NCBI GenBank assembly: GCA_001275005.1
Contig: JWZX01003333.1
Span: forward strand, 1-36,444
Source of the DNA: Chrysochromulina tobinii
Lineage: Eukaryota
Direction: 5' to 3'
Length of the DNA stretch: 36,444 bases
Shown here: positions 30,258 to 36,444 of the stretch, piece by piece
How positions within the stretch are numbered: the stretch's first letter is position 1
How the letters are laid out: every line of letters starts with the position of its first letter
The notes under the pieces: model-generated
Database searches by the model: none
The model's input: the letters and a program-made list of their open reading frames with translations, nothing else
What the model was told of the DNA's origin: nothing
Program-made: the position numbers and the translations under genes

Positions 30258-31622
30258 CTACAAACTCCGTTGCGTGCACGCGCCCCTCATGAGCTTCCGA
30301 CGCAGGTCATCGGGTGGTAAGGGCTCCTCGTTGCGGTGGGGACGTTTCTTAGCGGCCCTCGCGGCCACTCCCAGCCGCGGCTCGCGCACGTCGCCCACAT
30401 CGGCCTCGTCCGCACATGCCGCCGCGCATGCCGCTGCACCGGTCGCACCGGGATCGCCTGTCGTAGGCAGACGCATTCCAAGTTTGGTCATCAGAGTGCG
30501 CGTGCGCTCGGACGCGATCTCGTGAGGCTCCAGATTGTGCTCGAGGGCGTCGCGCAGGGCGTCGCCGTCGAGTTCGAGGGTGAGAGGCTCCATGCGGCTC
30601 AGCGCACGAAGGGCAAGAGCGCGAGCGCTCGAGCGGCTCTGCGCATGAAGGCACTGCATTAGATCCGGTACAAAGTACGGCAGCTCGACCGTGGCCTCGA
30701 GCGAGTCCAAGGCGAGCAGAGCGCGCTTGCGCATCGTCTCGTCGTCAGACGACAGTCGCGGCACGAACCAATCGACCGCCCAGGTTCCCGCCGACCACTC
30801 CGGATTCGCTCGCCACGCCGAGCACGCGTCGCCGAGGACGCGGCGGGCACGGGCTCGCCACAGACGGGAGACGGCCTTGAGGTTGCGCAGGGAGCGCGCG
30901 TCGAGGTCAGCCAGGCAGGCGCCCCAGCAGTCGGCGTCGGACCTCACGAGGCCATCGGCAGTGTCCACCTCGACCTCGTCCTCAGCAGTCGGCGGCGTGA
31001 ACAACGGCTCGGCGAGCGCCTGCGCTCGCTCCTGTGGAGTCAAGTCATCTTCGGCCTCTAGGATGATCTGAAGCACTTGGCAGGATTTGCCTCGGAGCAC
31101 TTCGCTGATGGCGATGGTCGCCATGCGCGCGACCGAACGAAACTCCAAGAGCTGGGAGGCACGCAGCACGGCCATCCGACGCGGCAGCGACAGCCTCCGC
31201 AGCTTATCAAGGGCAGAAAGAGAGGCCGTCGTCGGCCTGGAGGTGAAGAAGCGCGACACAAGCGCGTCGGCGACTGCGACGAGATCGACGAGTGTCTGGG
31301 CCGGGGCGGCCACATGCACGCAAGGCGCCGAAGGATACATCGGAGCATCAGAGAGCGATGCCGTGGCGCGCGATAGACGCACGATCTTCCCATCTGATGA
31401 GATTACTTCCACGCTGTCATGCGTGACGGTCAGCGGCGTCGAGTCTGTGTACGTTGACAGCATCCGAAGCGGACCGGCGCGGGTGAGACAAGAGGCCATC
31501 TGGTCGTCCGATCGTAGCAGGAAAGTGGCCGGGCGCTCGCTCTCGGATTGTCGTTTCGCGCCTGACGAGCAAACCTCTCGTCTTCCCACTGCCCGCGGAA
31601 GCAGAAGTGCTCTCACAGCCAT
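30258..31622 (-). CDS. Skp1-like domain fused to an F-box-like motif and a HEAT-like repeat (start may be an internal Met)
   Basis: VEVISSDGKIVRLSRATA (Skp1 N-terminus); ASQLLEFRSVARMATIAISEVLRGKS...ILEAEDDLTPQE (Skp1 C-terminus); CWGACLADLDARSLRNLKAVSRLWR (F-box-like); VPRLSSDDETMRKRALLAL (HEAT-like). Confidence 0.7.
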   Translation of the reverse strand: MAVRALLLPRAVGRREVCSSGAKRQSESERPATFLLRSDDQMASCLTRAGPLRMLSTYTDSTPLTVTHDSVEVISSDGKIVRLSRATASLSDAPMYPSAPCVHVAAPAQTLVDLVAVADALVSRFFTSRPTTASLSALDKLRRLSLPRRMAVLRASQLLEFRSVARMATIAISEVLRGKSCQVLQIILEAEDDLTPQERAQALAEPLFTPPTAEDEVEVDTADGLVRSDADCWGACLADLDARSLRNLKAVSRLWRARARRVLGDACSAWRANPEWSAGTWAVDWFVPRLSSDDETMRKRALLALDSLEATVELPYFVPDLMQCLHAQSRSSARALALRALSRMEPLTLELDGDALRDALEHNLEPHEIASERTRTLMTKLGMRLPTTGDPGATGAAACAAACADEADVGDVREPRLGVAARAAKKRPHRNEEPLPPDDLRRKLMRGACTQRSL

Positions 31623-31822
31623 GGTAAGTGTCTTGCGGGACGCACTTCTGTTAGCTAGGTGGTTTCAAATAATATTGATGTGTAGACACTTAGGCCACGG
31701 TTGTTTAGGGGCCAGGTTTCGCGCAATGTCTGCAACGGTATTCCGAAACTGTTCCGAAACGTACTCATCCGTCACGCTCTAGAGTTCCACACTTCGTGTC
31801 CATTTATAATCAGAAACGAGTT

Positions 31823-34593
31823 CTAGTCCTCCTCAAGGTAGTAGACCTGCAGCCAGGCCATTTCGCCGTGATGGCCGTAGGTGTTGTTGGTGGTCGCCTC
31901 CGCGTACAGGTTGACGCCGCTGATGAGCGGTGGCGGCTCGAGACCGTGCTCACTCCGCCCCCAGACGCACGGGGGCTGGGCAATGTAGCCGGGCTCATCA
32001 TAGACCGTCCCCGCGAGGCGAGGGTCGCCCCGTCCGCCGTAGATGGGGCGCTCCTCGCACAGGAGCGTCTTGTTCTGGCAGCTCGTGTGCACGGCTGGGT
32101 CGCACGTGTAGAGCGAGATCGCGAGACATGTGGGCGCATGGCAGTGGAAGTTGGCCTTGACAAGCCGTTGGTGGGGCGACGTGGCCGACGGCTTCGGTTG
32201 GAAGATGCCCAGGCTGGTGATCGTGTGGTTGCACTGGGCTGTTGGCGTGCCAGGTGCGCACTGCGCGACGTCGTACTCGACCGGCGATCCGAGTCCCCAT
32301 GTATTCCGGTACCTGATCAGGGAGGCAATCAGGTGCCATCAGGTGGCACTCAGGTGCCATCAACGAGGCCGAGCCCTGATTGCGGGAGCCATCAGCAAGG
32401 CCGGGCCCTGATTGCGGGAGCCATCAGCAAGGCCGAGCCCTGACTGCGGGAGCTTACACGTTGGTGTGGAAGCTCGGGTCGTACGGCTGCACCCAGTAGC
32501 GGAACTTGAGCTGGTACTCGAGAGGCTGGTCAGCCCACGGCGTGGGTTGGTCCGCGTCGAGGAGGACCCACTCATGATGGCAGGCAATCTGGCCGCCAGC
32601 GTATGTGCGCAGATCGCACGCGGGGTTTTTCTCGGCGAGGGTATCCATCCGGGGCGGCGGCGCGCAGGTGTTGTCGAACCCGACCTTGCCTTTGCTACTA
32701 TTGGTCACGGGGTCAATGTACTCGAGCGTGCCCTTGGCAAAGCCAAAGGCGGGCTCGGGCGCGGGGCAGATGCACATTGGGGCCTCGAGTTGGAGCAGCG
32801 CAAGGGTCGTGGTGGTCTTCTGACTATGGTGGTCGAGCCCAAACGTCGGGCCACTCCCGATCGCGCTGATGATGCTCAGCAGGGACGCGTCGCCCTGAGC
32901 GTCGTCCTCCAAGCGGAACGAAAAGTGCTGTGGCGTCGTGCCGTTGAGTGGACGCTCGAGGACGAGGGTTCGCTTCCCATCGAGCACAGCGCTCGAGAGC
33001 ACCTTGATCGAGGGTTCAAGGAGCTCTCCGGCGGCGTGGTTGTACAGCCGACGCTCACTCACCTCCCCATCGCCCCCGCCCACGAGGATCGCGTACGGGC
33101 CGGTCGGGTCTCCAGGGGCACCACCGCCCATCGTAGTCGCATTGAACCCAACGCCAAACCACTCGTCGGCCGGGCCGGTGATGGTCAGGGTAGCTGTCTG
33201 GTTGGGCTCCGACAGGCTCACTTCAAGGTGCCAGCCGGAGAGGGCGCTGACGACGCCGGCCGCGCGCCGCTTGCCGGCATGGTCCTTGGCTTTGCCGCCA
33301 CATGGACTCGTAGGAGACTCGGGCGGTGCGGAATTCCATGTGGCAGCGCACGACACTGCGCCCGTGGCAGCGCCCGTGGCAGCGCCCGAGGCAGCGCTTG
33401 TGGCAGCGCTCGGCGTCAGCGTCAGGGCGCATCCGGCGGGGACCGTCTTCGACTCCACACTGTGAGTCGTCATCGAGGCGCCACACCTGATGAGGGAGGC
33501 AATCGGACTGATGAGGGAGGCAATCGGACTGATGAGGGAGGCAATCAGACTGATGAGGGAGGCAATCGGACGCCATCAGAAGCCATCATTTGACTCCACA
33601 CTGTGAGTCGGCATCGAGGCGCCGCACAGAGAGGAGCCAAGACCCTTGGCCGCCGCGAAGCACTCGGCCGCGCTCTTCGGACTCCCCACAGCCCCCTCGC
33701 AGCCACCGACTTGCCCAGAGCTGAGCGGCACGTAGCCCGCCTGTACATGCTTGATGATCCGAGAGGTCACTGGGCACTCTAGAAGGCCGCTGTACAGGAT
33801 GTCGGAGGGGGACTTGGGGGGCACGTTGCGCGAGCCGGGAGACGAGCGCCGACGCGGGCAGCGGCCCCGGCACGAAGGGAGTGGACCCATCCAGCGACAT
33901 CAGATCTCTGTTCCACGTGTCGATTTGCATCGGCGTGATGTGCCACGTCGTTGGCGACTCGATGACCTGAACATAGCCGGGGGCGTACCCGTGGAAACTC
34001 TTGCGGTACTCCCCGCCATTGGCGCCGCCAAAGTCCTGCGAGGTCGGAAGGGTCTTGCCCCCCACCTTGATGCCGGGCGAAAGCTCGCGTACGACCCATG
34101 CATAGTCCGCGGTAGTAGAGCCGTGCCCATGCCCGTGACGCCGAGGGTCGTCGGGGCCGCCAAGCTTGACCTTCTCCAAGACCGACTTGTTTCCCGTCAT
34201 GGTGCTCTCAAAGTGGTGGTTGTACGCCACGTTGATCGGCACCGAGACCTCCTCGCCAGTGGCCGTGCGCCGCACCTGGTTGGTCTCAAAGCCGACGACC
34301 GCCATGCCCTTTCCGGCGTATTTGGCGACGATGGCTTGCGGGAGCGGCACCGGGTCAAGCAGCGTCCAGAAAACCTCACCGTATGTCGACCGGATCATCG
34401 GCGAGTACAAGTCGAAAAATTCCACGTCTCCTGGGTAGTCCGAGAAGCGCTTGGGGAACTTGGACCCGGACTTGTCCGCACCGGGGGTTGCCGAGAGCGG
34501 ATAGTCGCCATTCATGTTCTCCGCCTTCGGCCCTTGTGCGGTGGTTGCCACGAAGAGGGAGAGGCCCAGCGACAAGCACAAGGTGCGAAGCAT
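31823..34593 (-). CDS. Secreted His-rich protein resembling a copper monooxygenase, with a DOMON-like domain; exons 34593-33628, 33486-32458, 32312-31823; frame discontinuity ~33838
   Basis: Signal peptide MLRTLCLSLGLSLFVA; YNHHF, CHH, FHCHAPTC and GHHGEM motifs; DOMON-like ATLTITGPADEWFGVGF. Confidence 0.7.
32313..32457 (-). other. Intron (145 nt) with ~33 nt internal repeats, family A 3' end
   Basis: GT|GTAAGC...CTGATTGCCTCCCTGATCAG|G restores HTNVYRNTWG. Confidence 0.85.
33487..33627 (-). other. Intron (141 nt): 36 nt duplication and four tandem family A acceptor units
   Basis: GTGCGGCGCCTCGATGCCGACTCACAGTGTGGAGTC versus exon GTGTGGCGCCTCGATGACGACTCACAGTGTGGAGTC; (TCYGATTGCCTCCCTCATCAG) x4. 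Confidence 0.87.
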
Positions 34594-34963
34594 TTTTTCC
34601 AAATCGCGATTGTACCGGGCACCCAACAAAGAATGACGAAGCCGCGGGGTTCGAGACGTATCGACTGGCGCTTGCTGCGGCAGACTTAAAAAGGTCAACG
34701 CCGAAAGGTACACGCTTCAGAATGGTACACCTACACGCTCGAGAGCGGAGAGGCAACAACGAGTAGGAACACGAAGCGTGGCAAGGAAAGGTTACACCCG
34801 GGGGTCGTCGAGCGGGGTCTCGAGACACGTAGCCGGGAAGTCGGAAGCGTACAGCAAGAGGCACATGACAGTTACAGGATGAAGAAATTGCACAGGTTGG
34901 AGCTCTTGGAGGTCGGGGTCGGATTGTACAGGGGGGAGGAGGTTGTCGAGCAAGATGGTGGGT

Positions 34964-35968
34964 TCATGACCCGGCCCGGCTCGCGAGCGTGAGCGCGGTC
35001 TGACCGTGCAGTGGCCAGCGCAGCTGCGTCACCTGGCCGCGCGCGCCCGGCACTGCCGCGGCCACACCCGATGCGACGCCGGAAGCGACGCCGGAGAGCA
35101 TGCGCTGCGAGAGCCACATAGGGCCACTCTTGTACTTGCGATGCGCGGCGCCGCCCCACATCGCGTGCTCGTGCATGCGCTCGGTGCGGACTTGGATCTC
35201 AAACAGCTGCCCGTTCGGGAGCCGCAGGGTGTCATGGAGCCCCTGGTAGCCGTTGGGTTTGGGTCTCCGCACGTAGTCTTTGAAGCGCCCCTCGCCCACC
35301 GAAGGGTAAAGATGGCGGATGGCCGCGAGGGCTTCGTAGACGTCGGCGGCGTCCTCACCGCGCACGACCACGCGCACGGCCAGCACGTCGTGAACCGTCT
35401 TCTGACGCACCGTCGCCTTGTGGAACGTGCTCCACAAACCCTTTGAGCGCACGGCCACAGCGGCGTGCCGGAGCACGGGATGCTCGTTGCCCATGGCGCG
35501 GATCTGCTGCTTGGTGGACTCGAGGCACGCCTTCATGGCCTCCTGCGCGCCGAAGGCCTGCATCCGCCACTCACGCAGCAGCCAGTACGCCTCGGGCGAG
35601 ACGAGCGCCAGCATGATGTCGTCCGCAGGGATGTTTTGGAGCTGGAGCATCGAGTGCTTGAGCCTCAAGGCAACGGCGGACGACTTCAAACGCCTGGACG
35701 TCTCGTGGAGCAGCAGCGAAGGGAAGGTTGCCTGCACAGCGAGAGCACGTGGGGGCGTGCGCGTCTCAGCCAAAGTGGGGCGCTTGGATTGTTGCTGAAA
35801 CGTGGAGGGGGGCGGCGGCGCAAAGGGGTGGGGCCTTGGGCGCACCGAGAAAGAGGGCAACGTTTCCAATTGCAGTGCGGCGGTTGCCGTCGGTGCCAGT
35901 GCAACGCGCGAAAGTGCATTTGGCAACACGAACACGACCGCGGTTGCGATGAAGAGTGGGACGATCAT
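34964..35968 (-). CDS. RelA/SpoT homologue, (p)ppGpp synthetase domain, probably plastid-targeted
   Basis: RSKGLWSTFHK, VHDVLAVRVVV, KDYVRRPKPNGYQGLH and FEIQVRTERMHEHAMWGGAAHRKYK; hydrophobic N-terminus from Met at 35968. Confidence 0.92.
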   Translation of the reverse strand: MIVPLFIATAVVFVLPNALSRVALAPTATAALQLETLPSFSVRPRPHPFAPPPPSTFQQQSKRPTLAETRTPPRALAVQATFPSLLLHETSRRLKSSAVALRLKHSMLQLQNIPADDIMLALVSPEAYWLLREWRMQAFGAQEAMKACLESTKQQIRAMGNEHPVLRHAAVAVRSKGLWSTFHKATVRQKTVHDVLAVRVVVRGEDAADVYEALAAIRHLYPSVGEGRFKDYVRRPKPNGYQGLHDTLRLPNGQLFEIQVRTERMHEHAMWGGAAHRKYKSGPMWLSQRMLSGVASGVASGVAAAVPGARGQVTQLRWPLHGQTALTLASRAGS

Positions 35969-36042
35969 CTGGACGGCCTCGAGTTTGGGGTCGGACGGAT
36001 GCAAGAATCCGGAAGGATACATGATACATGATGCATGATTCA

Positions 36043-36444
36043 TCAAGTCGATACGGAGGGACCCATGTTCTTTCCGACAAGAGCGTGGGTCATTCCGACA
36101 TGTTCATGAACTTGTCGGACATGTTCGATGATCAATACAAAGTCAGAATCACGTATTTGTGGTTGAATGGCCGTCATCTCATCCGCGTCCCAACATACTG
36201 CATCCTGCTCTAATGGCACTTCATCTGCATCCCAAGCCGCAACCCTTTGAAACCCTATGCTGCGAATCTCGGCCGGCATTGGCGCCACATGTCGAGGAGA
36301 GCGCGCAGGTGCGGAGGAACGCGCATGTTGCGGCGATCTCAACAAGGGTTGGGGGTGGCAGGTGCGCCAGAATGAGCTCGAGCAGGCCGAGCTCCTTGTC
36401 GCGCAGGTCGGTCAACATGGCGACACTGACAGCCACAACCTCGT
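36043..36444 (-). CDS. Partial F-box-like protein (5' end off the window; frame change between two ORFs)
   Basis: DLRDKELGLLELILAHLPPPTLVEIAATCAFLR is F-box-like; continuation into ORF 36043..36345 is uncertain. Confidence 0.4.

Noticed and set aside
32412..34689. Plus-strand ORFs 32412..33593 and 33751..34689
   Set aside because: Antisense to the spliced minus-strand gene, which carries the motifs and splice signals.

Overview
GC-rich eukaryotic genomic DNA, most likely a haptophyte-type alga. This is inferred from GT-AG spliceosomal introns, N-termini that look plastid-targeted, a RelA/SpoT gene and a Rubisco-LSMT-like gene; the taxon cannot be proven from the sequence. Positions 1 to ~9.9 kb hold a minus-strand tyrosine-recombinase (DIRS/Ngaro-class) retrotransposon whose 3' end runs off the left edge. 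It has an intron-containing gag-like ORF, then an in-frame UGA followed by a strong hairpin, then a pol with DUF4326-like, C5 cytosine methyltransferase, RT and RNase H domains, then a YR ORF preceded by a branch point and splice acceptor in phase with the gag donor. The remaining ~26 kb hold about 12 host genes. Their introns are unusual: most begin with a 12-40 nt copy of the following exon, continue through arrays of branch-point-like repeats, and end in one of a few shared 3' sequences, which points to an active intron-generating process. Several single-base frame discontinuities at short homopolymers suggest assembly errors or decay.
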